From a virus (taxonomy: Duplodnaviria > Caudoviricetes): a stretch of 64,000 nt of DNA. The first letter of the stretch is position 1. Each line of letters begins with the position of its first letter. The stretch is from positions 19,751-83,750 of the IMG/VR virus record IMGVR_UViG_3300033463_000073; one strand, 5' to 3'. The notes under the pieces were generated by a model that ran no database searches, was not told where the DNA came from, and was given only the letters and a program-made list of their open reading frames with translations. Positions 8,476 to 15,902 of this stretch are shown piece after piece. The translations under genes and the position numbers were made by a program.

Positions 8476-8480
8476 AGCCC

Positions 8481-8714
8481 TTACTTTTCAATTACTTCGT
8501 TTAACTGGTCGATGATGTCGTCGAGGCTATTGACAGCATCGTCAATCCCGTCGACACACTCCTGCATCGTATCACCGCGCTCTGAGTACTGTATGCCTTC
8601 TGGCAGATTGTCAAAAGCCTCCTGCTCTTCGTCGCGGATGTCTTCCAACTCGCTCTTGATGTCCTCAAGCTTCTCAATGCACTTCTCTATTTTCTGTCTC
8701 CTATTCTTATTCAT
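8481..8714 (-). CDS. coiled-coil phage hypothetical protein
   Basis: EEQEAFDNLPEGIQYSERG motif; likely start MNKNRRQ with leader motif. Confidence 0.65.
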   Translation of the reverse strand: MNKNRRQKIEKCIEKLEDIKSELEDIRDEEQEAFDNLPEGIQYSERGDTMQECVDGIDDAVNSLDDIIDQLNEVIEK

Positions 8715-8743
8715 AATCAATGTTTTTTTAATTGTCAATACTG

Positions 8744-9133
8744 TTAGTCAATAAACATATCAAACTCTACCGTCTTGGATGCGATTCCCCACATGACTGG
8801 CTTCTTGGAGAACCTGTAGGTGACGTTTCTTGTCTTCTTGTCCTTGTCAGGATAGATGAAGTACCCTGCGTCTTGGAATGCCTTGAACGCGGCGTCCATC
8901 TCGCACGAGTTGATTCTCGTGTATTCGCATCCGACGTTGCGCTCCGAATGCGAGATGGTCTTGTACCCTCCGTTGACGGTTATGCTCAGATACAGGGCGT
9001 TGTCTTTCGCGAAGACGGTCATCGGAAGCGACTTCTCCGTATAGTCGAGCATTATGTCGCAGATGCTCTGTACCACAAACTCCCTCACTTCAATTGGCTG
9101 AACGTAGTCGTTCTTCTTGATTCTGATGTTCAT
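8744..9133 (-). CDS. hypothetical protein
   Basis: 129 aa ORF. Confidence 0.6.
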   Translation of the reverse strand: MNIRIKKNDYVQPIEVREFVVQSICDIMLDYTEKSLPMTVFAKDNALYLSITVNGGYKTISHSERNVGCEYTRINSCEMDAAFKAFQDAGYFIYPDKDKKTRNVTYRFSKKPVMWGIASKTVEFDMFID

Positions 9134-9136
9134 AAT

Positions 9137-9364
9137 CTACTTGTTGTTTAAATAATACTTTGCGTACGATTTCTCGCCGTCGTTCACTCTCTCCGTGACG
9201 ATGTCCATACCGTCGTTTCGAAGCCTGTTAATCGCTGCGGCCAGACGGAAACAGCCCCATCTCTGAAGCGCTTCGATTGGTGTAATACTGTTCCCGTTCT
9301 CAAGCCATGCCTTAATCTGTGCCTTCTGTGTGGCGCTTCTCTCTGGATTCCAATTCTCGTTCAT
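9137..9364 (-). CDS. winged HTH protein (HTH_39-like)
   Basis: ITPIEALQRWGCFRLAAAINRLRNDGMDIVT pattern. Confidence 0.7.
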   Translation of the reverse strand: MNENWNPERSATQKAQIKAWLENGNSITPIEALQRWGCFRLAAAINRLRNDGMDIVTERVNDGEKSYAKYYLNNK

Positions 9365-9376
9365 GATTCGATGTTC

Positions 9377-9673
9377 TTATAAGTTAGACAAATCAATAGT
9401 CTCTGTTCTTGTGAACGTAATCTTTCCGTCGTATCCGCGACGCTTCAGCTCTTCCATCAGCTCTCTCGGCGTGAAGTCCTGAAGTCTGAGGCTGCGTGCG
9501 TTGACGGCGTCGACGGCCTGCTGCTTCAGCTTCTTGCGATTCTCGACGCCCTCCTTGATTTTCTGTGAGTGGCACTCCTTGCATACGCTTGTGACACCCC
9601 ATGCGTTCTTTACAAACTCGTCTTCAGGCAACTCGCGCCCGCAAATCTTACAAACTTTTGTCGTTGTTTCCAT
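9377..9673 (-). CDS. zinc-finger protein
   Basis: CKICG...CKECH (CxxC-x~17-CxxC); likely start METTTK. Confidence 0.55.
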   Translation of the reverse strand: METTTKVCKICGRELPEDEFVKNAWGVTSVCKECHSQKIKEGVENRKKLKQQAVDAVNARSLRLQDFTPRELMEELKRRGYDGKITFTRTETIDLSNL

Positions 9674-9739
9674 AATTCTCTTGTTTTTAGTTGTTAATAA
9701 CTGATTGCCGACCACCCACCCTCGCGTTGATAGTGAACG

Positions 9740-9823
9740 CTACTTCTTGAACCCTCGCCCTCCCATCGTGATGAAGATGTCAGGACGAACGATGAACGTA
9801 AGAATGATAAGCAATGTAATCAT
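9740..9823 (-). CDS. small hydrophobic peptide
   Basis: MITLLIILTFIVRPDIFITMGGRGFKK (27 aa, manual). Confidence 0.4.
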   Translation of the reverse strand: MITLLIILTFIVRPDIFITMGGRGFKK

Positions 9824-9835
9824 ACGCAGTACTAT

Positions 9836-10639
9836 TTAGTTGTTAGACGAATAATTCTCTATGCTCTTCTTGAACTGCTGCATGTGCGCTCGCAGACGCT
9901 TCTGGAGCACTGGCGACTTGAAGTCCCACTTCGCGAATATGCTCTCGTCTATGTCGTGGTACTTCTTCATGACTTCCACGACTTCTTCCAAGCGCCCGCA
10001 TCTCAGTCTGATTCCCATCCAGTCCCACTTCTTGAAGTCTTCGTCCTCGCAGTGGTCTGGAAACACTTCTTTCAACACTTTCAAGAAGCACTGCGATTCT
10101 CGCGCTTCAATATATCGCTTATTCTTCAGCTTTCCTTTATCCATATATATCTGTTTAAGTTTCTCTTTGTCTGTCCTTGCTCTCGTCTCTTTGTACTTGT
10201 CTGACGAAGCACCTAAGCGAGCACCGTTCTTCTTTTTCACAGCCAGTGCGTCCTTCGTCCTCTTTGAAATCATCTCCCTCTCATACTGCGCAACAGAAGC
10301 GAAGACTCCGAGTATCATGGAATTGACAACTGGCATATCCGTAAAATGAATGTCGATGCCAGTGTTGATTACTTTGAACGTAAACTCGACGTCTCTTGCC
10401 AATCTGTCCAGTTTCGCAATGACAAGGCCGCATCTGTTCGACTTGCAGTAGTCGATGGCATCCCACAATCCTTTTCTGTCTCTGTGAGTGCCGCTCTCGA
10501 CGTCCATGAACTCGTGTACTAACACTCCGTTCTTCTGCGCAATGAAGTTCTCGCACATCGTTCTTTGTGCGGATATTCCAAGACCTTTCGCGCCTTGACG
10601 CTGAGTTGAAACTCTTAAATACGTGCAGTAGTTGTTCAT
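9836..10639 (-). CDS. serine recombinase (resolvase/invertase family)
   Basis: YLRVST, ESG-x-x-x-DR, AKLDRLAR, AQYEREMISKRTKDALA motifs. Confidence 0.9.
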   Translation of the reverse strand: MNNYCTYLRVSTQRQGAKGLGISAQRTMCENFIAQKNGVLVHEFMDVESGTHRDRKGLWDAIDYCKSNRCGLVIAKLDRLARDVEFTFKVINTGIDIHFTDMPVVNSMILGVFASVAQYEREMISKRTKDALAVKKKNGARLGASSDKYKETRARTDKEKLKQIYMDKGKLKNKRYIEARESQCFLKVLKEVFPDHCEDEDFKKWDWMGIRLRCGRLEEVVEVMKKYHDIDESIFAKWDFKSPVLQKRLRAHMQQFKKSIENYSSNN

Positions 10640-10666
10640 AACTCATGATGTTTTAAATTGACTCTG

Positions 10667-10674
10667 CAAAGTTA
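10667..10674 (-). promoter_or_regulatory. -7 promoter upstream of serine recombinase
   Basis: TAACTTTG followed by CA. Confidence 0.65.
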
Positions 10675-11442
10675 CTTTAAATATTTAAACCTTGCAAGCT
10701 TTTTAACACTTTTAACTTTAGTAAACATCAATCACCTTTGCTCCTACATACGCATCTGCGGTACGTGCGTGGTAGAACGGCTCGTCGCGCACCTTCTTGA
10801 TGGCGAGCAGTCTTGCCTGTTCCTCGCTCTCTGCCTCGACATAGATGGTTTTTGAAAGCGTGATGTCGATAGACACGCTGTACTCTGTTGTCTTCATAAT
10901 GTTTGTTGTTTTAATTGTTTTATGGTGTTACTCCTTAATGCTTGTTCTGAGACAAGCAGTAGTCGTAAAGAAGATGAATGTTGTCAGTCTTGTACTTTCT
11001 GACGAATCTCTTGACGATAGCCATGTCAATCGTCACATACCCGTATCGCTCGTTGAACTCTTCGAGCATTCTGTCATAGTCGTATTTCTTTCTTGTCATA
11101 CTTTCGCATAGTTCGTCAAATCGTTTACAAATGCTGAGTAGAATCCGTCCTCTGCATGGAACACGGCGCGAGAGAAGAACCGAGTGTACTCACCGACTTT
11201 CGATTCCGAAAACCACTTCCATATATCCTCGCACTGGTTGAGCAAAAACGTCTCTCCTCTGAAAACCATTGTATTCATAGTTCTGTTATCAGCTACTTTG
11301 TTTATTGTTCAATACTCCAAGAGTCTGCCGACCAACCGACAAGACCGTTTGTATAACCATTCTCTATTTGCTCTGCAACCTCTCTGCAAGCATCTGCTGC
11401 GTTGTCGATGTCGCTTACTTCAATTACAATCTGTGCCATACT

Positions 11443-11790
11443 TCACTTCTTCTTTGGTTCTTTGTAATATACATTCACTTTGTATCCGCTCTTGGCCATC
11501 GGCATGATGAGCTGGCGGGCTTCCTTGTAGTAGACGTTGAGCTTGACGCTTACCACGTCAGTTCCAAGCAGCGTGTGGTCTGATGAGTTCTTGATGACAC
11601 GCTTCGCATGGTCGATGTCACACAGGAAGTTCCACAGCTGAGCCATCTTCTGACCATCCTCCTGTCGATAGTGATAGATGAATGCACACAGCGCGTTGGC
11701 TGGATGAATCTTTACTGTGAGCACTTTTGTCTCGTCGTGGTTCTTAACTTTGACTTCTCCGTATGAAATCTGATAGTTTACTCTTAGCAT
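11443..11790 (-). CDS. hypothetical protein
   Basis: 115 aa ORF. Confidence 0.6.
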   Translation of the reverse strand: MLRVNYQISYGEVKVKNHDETKVLTVKIHPANALCAFIYHYRQEDGQKMAQLWNFLCDIDHAKRVIKNSSDHTLLGTDVVSVKLNVYYKEARQLIMPMAKSGYKVNVYYKEPKKK

Positions 11791-11802
11791 AATTATGATT
11801 TT

Positions 11803-12168
11803 TTAAAGTGAATCAAACTCCTGTTCCATGTAGTTGTTGTCCTTGTCCATCCAACCATGCGTGAACATGATTGTCATGTTGTAGTCGCACACTTTGTCAG
11901 CCTCAATCTTTGCAATCACGAGAGGATAGCCAAGACCTTTGCATTGTTCGATGCAGTGTTCCTTAAATCCGCTCTCAGTACCCATCTCTCTAATAGCAAT
12001 GTAGTAAGGCTCTTTAAGACCAGTCCATGACTTGTCGTGAAGGTCTGACAACGAGTGAACCATGTCCGATGTTACTAACCTGTAACCGCACACCGCAGAC
12101 ACACCGAGTGCTGCCTGCATAAGAATCTCGCTGATTTGCGAGAAGTGAATTTGATTGTAAGTTCTCAT
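11803..12168 (-). CDS. hypothetical protein
   Basis: 121 aa ORF with leader motif. Confidence 0.6.
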   Translation of the reverse strand: MRTYNQIHFSQISEILMQAALGVSAVCGYRLVTSDMVHSLSDLHDKSWTGLKEPYYIAIREMGTESGFKEHCIEQCKGLGYPLVIAKIEADKVCDYNMTIMFTHGWMDKDNNYMEQEFDSL

Positions 12169-12187
12169 AATGATAATGTTTTAATTG

Positions 12188-13090
12188 TTACTCTTCGATT
12201 AATTCTTCCTTCTTGAACCCTGCTTCACAAAGTATATACTCTTCGTTCTTTGAAAGCTCTCCATAGAATCCCCAGCATGAATCAGTCTCTTCCCACTCGG
12301 TCTCTTCTGTCTCAGTGTCGTCATGCTCTCCGTCAGGATAGCGCACACTCTTGATGGTCTTCACGGCTTTCTCTGCCTTGAATCCGTACACCTCGTTGTC
12401 TCCCAATGCCTCAAGCTCGTCTATCAGCCACTCAATCTCTCGAAGCGTCTTGCCTTTCCAATATTTTTCTTCGCAGCCAGAGTACTTCAGGAACTCGTCC
12501 TTCTCCAACCAACAGATTCCCTCTGAATCGCAAGTAACTTCCTCGCTGAAGGAAATTCCGCTATAATAGCCGAATGAGTAAGACATCATCTTGATACCAT
12601 CAGTCATTGCATTCGCTACAAGGTGGTCGATAGTTTCGGTATTTAGATATTCTATGATTGAATCTACATCAATGTCTTCTAACTTGAGAGAGAATGAAGT
12701 GTCTTCACCCCAGTGTGCCTCATGTACTACTTTCTGTCCGTCCGTCCATGCAGGAATCCAAGAACCCACTACCCATTCCTTGTTTGAACGGTCATAGAAC
12801 AAAGCAGTATCGTGATACTTATGTACGTTGCTCTTGTAGTTGTCCTTGAGAATTTTGATGATTTTCTTTTTATCACCATACATCTCCAACATATAACAGA
12901 GGAAGTTGTATGCACTGCCTGATTTGTTCTCACGCTCCTGTTTTCCCATTAACGAGCCATCTCTTGACCAGTCCTCGCAGTGCAGTGGCTCGTCGGTGTT
13001 GTCGCGAGGGTTCTCTGCATACTCGTCACGATATATCGTCACCCTCTGTTTTCCGTCTTTTGTGACGTATCTTTTTACATAGTCTTCCAT
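12188..13090 (-). CDS. acidic hypothetical early protein
   Basis: 300 aa, strongly acidic, C-terminal DSCWGFYG. Confidence 0.7.
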   Translation of the reverse strand: MEDYVKRYVTKDGKQRVTIYRDEYAENPRDNTDEPLHCEDWSRDGSLMGKQERENKSGSAYNFLCYMLEMYGDKKKIIKILKDNYKSNVHKYHDTALFYDRSNKEWVVGSWIPAWTDGQKVVHEAHWGEDTSFSLKLEDIDVDSIIEYLNTETIDHLVANAMTDGIKMMSYSFGYYSGISFSEEVTCDSEGICWLEKDEFLKYSGCEEKYWKGKTLREIEWLIDELEALGDNEVYGFKAEKAVKTIKSVRYPDGEHDDTETEETEWEETDSCWGFYGELSKNEEYILCEAGFKKEELIEE

Positions 13091-13134
13091 AATATATATG
13101 CTTTTATTAATTATTTATATATTAATTATTTTCT

Positions 13135-13230
13135 CTACGCGTACGCGACGCAAAGGAAAGCCCATGTGAGCACCAAGAAGATGATGCAGCACACGAGCCC
13201 TCCGACAAACTCCCAATCAATCTTCCTCAT
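13135..13230 (-). CDS. small hydrophobic peptide
   Basis: MRKIDWEFVGGLVCCIIFLVLTWAFLCVAYA (31 aa, manual). Confidence 0.45.
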   Translation of the reverse strand: MRKIDWEFVGGLVCCIIFLVLTWAFLCVAYA

Positions 13231-13231
13231 A

Positions 13232-13801
13232 TCACTTGAATCTCTTTTCATGTTTCTTGTCTATGATTACCCACTTGTCGTAGGTCTTTCCGTCAGCAAC
13301 ATGGCGCATGTTGTAACCGAGCCAGTCCATGATGCGAGGATAGCAGGACATACCGACACCGCCCTCGAAGTAGCAGTACGTGTAGTCGCTTTTGTAAATG
13401 CCGTAAGGAGCTTTCTTGAAGTTCTTGTTGCGAACTGCATAGCGTAGGTTCTTGAAGTGGTTCAGGGCTTCTGCAACAACTGTAGAGTGCTTGTCGTAGC
13501 CCCATCCGCTTGCGTACCCTGCGTTCTCAATATAGTGCCAGTCACCTTTTGCATCTTCCCACCGCATAGATGCGCGAGGACACCAGCCCCAAGTGTGTGA
13601 ACGCTTCCACTCGACCTCAATCTCGATGTAGATTGGAAGTGGCTTGTTGTGCTTAAACTCTTCAGATGCGTTAGTTCGCTCCAAGTACTTCAGAAGGCCA
13701 CGCTCGGTCTTGTAGTCGTTGGCACGGCTTGCAATCTCTTTCTTTGTCAGATGTGTGAACGTTTTCGCGAACTCGTTCAAACGCTTCTTCGTAAGTTCCA
13801 T
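13232..13801 (-). CDS. hypothetical early protein
   Basis: 189 aa; ASGWGYDKHST motif. Confidence 0.65.
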   Translation of the reverse strand: MELTKKRLNEFAKTFTHLTKKEIASRANDYKTERGLLKYLERTNASEEFKHNKPLPIYIEIEVEWKRSHTWGWCPRASMRWEDAKGDWHYIENAGYASGWGYDKHSTVVAEALNHFKNLRYAVRNKNFKKAPYGIYKSDYTYCYFEGGVGMSCYPRIMDWLGYNMRHVADGKTYDKWVIIDKKHEKRFK

Positions 13802-13820
13802 AATGCTAAATGTTTAAAGA

Positions 13821-14099
13821 TTAATACTGAATATCTTTCTCGTACATAAGAATTTCTTCGTAGTAGTCGTCGCAAGGGTCTGTAATAAAGAAACGTCCGC
13901 CTCCTTCGTCTTCGACCTCGAACATTTCTTCTCGTTCTTCTTTTGTGTAACCTCCGAAGTGATAGCTTTCTTTTAATATTGTGTCAATTACTTGCTCAAA
14001 CACTTGTTTTGCAGTCTCTTTGCATGAGCATGGTGTGACGTTAAACAAAATCTCTCCGTCGCAGTTGCTCTCTTGTGTTACCAACCAAATCTTTTCCAT
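13821..14099 (-). CDS. hypothetical protein
   Basis: 92 aa acidic ORF. Confidence 0.55.
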   Translation of the reverse strand: MEKIWLVTQESNCDGEILFNVTPCSCKETAKQVFEQVIDTILKESYHFGGYTKEEREEMFEVEDEGGGRFFITDPCDDYYEEILMYEKDIQY

Positions 14100-14102
14100 A
14101 GT

Positions 14103-14327
14103 TCAATCGTTGTAGTAAAACTTCTTAATACCATAATACGCTCTCAATGTTTGGCATATTCCGTCGCACTGAGCAAGAGTGACATCATAGTTGTCTCTGA
14201 TGTAGTCTGTAAAGAACTCGTAGGCGGAAGAGTTTCCCTTTGGTACTCCTTTCCACTCACCAAGATTCTTTATAATATCTTCACATATACGTCCTGCATT
14301 GTGAATTGGTTCTTTTACCCATCCCAT
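14103..14327 (-). CDS. hypothetical protein
   Basis: 74 aa ORF in packed operon. Confidence 0.5.
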   Translation of the reverse strand: MGWVKEPIHNAGRICEDIIKNLGEWKGVPKGNSSAYEFFTDYIRDNYDVTLAQCDGICQTLRAYYGIKKFYYND

Positions 14328-14329
14328 AG

Positions 14330-14566
14330 TTACCAGTTTCTCTCGTCGTTTACAATCTCTCCAATCATATTCTCAAGGGTGAGGTAGTACTCAAGTCCCT
14401 CGTTTACACAGAGTCCGTCGTGGCGCAACTTGCGCAGCTTGCGGATGGCTCTCTCGGTCACGTTGAAGCGGCCACGGATTGGCCACAAGTGACTCTCGTC
14501 ATTCTTACGGAAGTAGGCGTTAATCTGTCTGATGGACATTTCGCTTACGTTGGATGGCTCATTCAT
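14330..14566 (-). CDS. hypothetical protein
   Basis: 78 aa ORF. Confidence 0.5.
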   Translation of the reverse strand: MNEPSNVSEMSIRQINAYFRKNDESHLWPIRGRFNVTERAIRKLRKLRHDGLCVNEGLEYYLTLENMIGEIVNDERNW

Positions 14567-14577
14567 GACGCTTTAAT

Positions 14578-14844
14578 TTAGAGGTCAATAGCCAGATAAT
14601 TGCCGCCACGCTGACCTGTGCGTCTGTTGTAGATGTCAACAATACGGGCGTTCTCGTAGCCAAGACTCCTACAATACCTTGCCAAGTCTTCAGCGTAACT
14701 TCTGTTAAAACTTGTGGTGTAGGCCGTACAATGACGCTCACCGCGCTTAATCTGTTTCTCGATAACGTCAAGCACTTTTTCCCGTGCTGATTCTGACGGT
14801 ACGAACTCTTTTGTGTACTGTTTTGCTTCTGATGCTGTAATCAT
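14578..14844 (-). CDS. hypothetical protein
   Basis: 88 aa ORF with leader motif. Confidence 0.55.
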   Translation of the reverse strand: MITASEAKQYTKEFVPSESAREKVLDVIEKQIKRGERHCTAYTTSFNRSYAEDLARYCRSLGYENARIVDIYNRRTGQRGGNYLAIDL

Positions 14845-14868
14845 AATGCTAAATGTTTTATGTTAATA

Positions 14869-15387
14869 CTAAAGTTTTTCTATCTTTAAGTAAAACGGTT
14901 TAATGCTGCCAGAATGCCATCTTACGTCTGTTATGTTAAACATTGTCTCGTCGTTAGACATTTCTGTTATTGTTAATTTTGAATACTTGTTTGCTTCTTT
15001 GTATTTACTAAGCGTATAATTTATTGTTTTCTTATTTAATTCTATCCCTGACAAAGCAAGAAGTGCAAATTGCTTTCCGATATTATAAACATTGTCATAG
15101 GTGGGAAGAAAGTGAGGTTCAAAAATATTGCACATCATATCTTCTTCGTAGCATCCGCTAAATTTGTATTTGCCAGCAACAATGTAATAATCTTCTGTTT
15201 TTTTATTTTGAGAGTAATGCGTTTTCTTTAAGTATTTCAATACATGTGTTATGTCGCAATGGCCATTTTTGATTGTTGTTGTTGTTTCTTTTGGGTATTC
15301 GGACATGAGTTTTTCGTATTCAATACACTTATCTTCGGATTCAAAAAGCCTTCCGTTAAAAGCCTTGTATGCAATTATTTGTTTCAT
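14869..15387 (-). CDS. AT-rich hypothetical protein
   Basis: 172 aa, visibly more AT-rich than neighbours. Confidence 0.6.
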   Translation of the reverse strand: MKQIIAYKAFNGRLFESEDKCIEYEKLMSEYPKETTTTIKNGHCDITHVLKYLKKTHYSQNKKTEDYYIVAGKYKFSGCYEEDMMCNIFEPHFLPTYDNVYNIGKQFALLALSGIELNKKTINYTLSKYKEANKYSKLTITEMSNDETMFNITDVRWHSGSIKPFYLKIEKL

Positions 15388-15450
15388 AATTTGTTTTTTA
15401 ATTAATACTAAAGTTAATTATCTTTGTCGTCGCCTAATGTTTAAAAATTG

Positions 15451-15481
15451 CCTGTGGATGATGAGCACCACCACCCACAGG
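15451..15481 (-). terminator. hairpin terminator after amber/Leu-like element
   Basis: CCTGTGGGTGGTG...CATCATCCACAGG stem followed by CAATTTTT. Confidence 0.5.
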
Positions 15482-15519
15482 ACTTAAAGCATCAATCTAA
15501 AACATTAAGCAAACATATT

Positions 15520-15587
15520 GAAGCGGCGAGGGAATCGAACCCTCAGCCACAACCTTTAGAGTTGCTTAGTCGCCATGACCACCGCGC
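15520..15587 (-). tRNA. atypical short tRNA-like gene, anticodon CTA (amber) or TAA depending on register
   Basis: Perfect T arm GAGGG-TTCGATT-CCCTC, D arm GGTC-ATGGC-GACT, anticodon region GCAA-CTCTAAAGG-TTGT, weak acceptor GCGCGGT/GCCGCTT. Confidence 0.55.
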
Positions 15588-15596
15588 GTCGATAGT

Positions 15597-15668
15597 GAAT
15601 CAGATTCCGAGCGACACAATCTCGTTGTACATTCTCTCCATTTCAGCATACGCAATCTTGTGACAGCT
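15597..15668 (-). repeat. diverged duplicate of the 3' end of ORF 15883-17688
   Basis: Encodes CHKIAYAEMERMYNEIVSLGI* versus CHDIAYAEMERMYNEIVELENNEA*; mostly synonymous differences. Confidence 0.8.
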
Positions 15669-15692
15669 TGCCGATGTTATAACCTTTGTACT

Positions 15693-15902
15693 TCATATCT
15701 TTACTTCAATAGGTGAATTTTCCCAAGTTATGTCTTTTCTTGTGTCATATTCAAAAAAGAAAGGGAGTGGCGCATAATCGAACTTTGCTTCCAAATCTTC
15801 CCACTCTCCAAACTCTTCGTCACGCAACGGCTTTCCTAAATAGCCGTACAAATGTCCGTCTTTACTTCTTGCTAACCACATACTACGCCTCGTTATTTTC
15901 AA
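15693..15902 (-). CDS. small hypothetical protein (ARS/ARD-x-DG family)
   Basis: WLARSKDGHLYGYLGKP resembles ORF 3773-3976; AT-rich. Confidence 0.55.
   Translation of the reverse strand: MKITRRSMWLARSKDGHLYGYLGKPLRDEEFGEWEDLEAKFDYAPLPFFFEYDTRKDITWENSPIEVKI

Noticed and set aside
9836-10639. Prophage integrase
   Set aside because: Too short and lacks the recombinase and zinc-ribbon domains of large serine integrases; no att sites or host DNA seen
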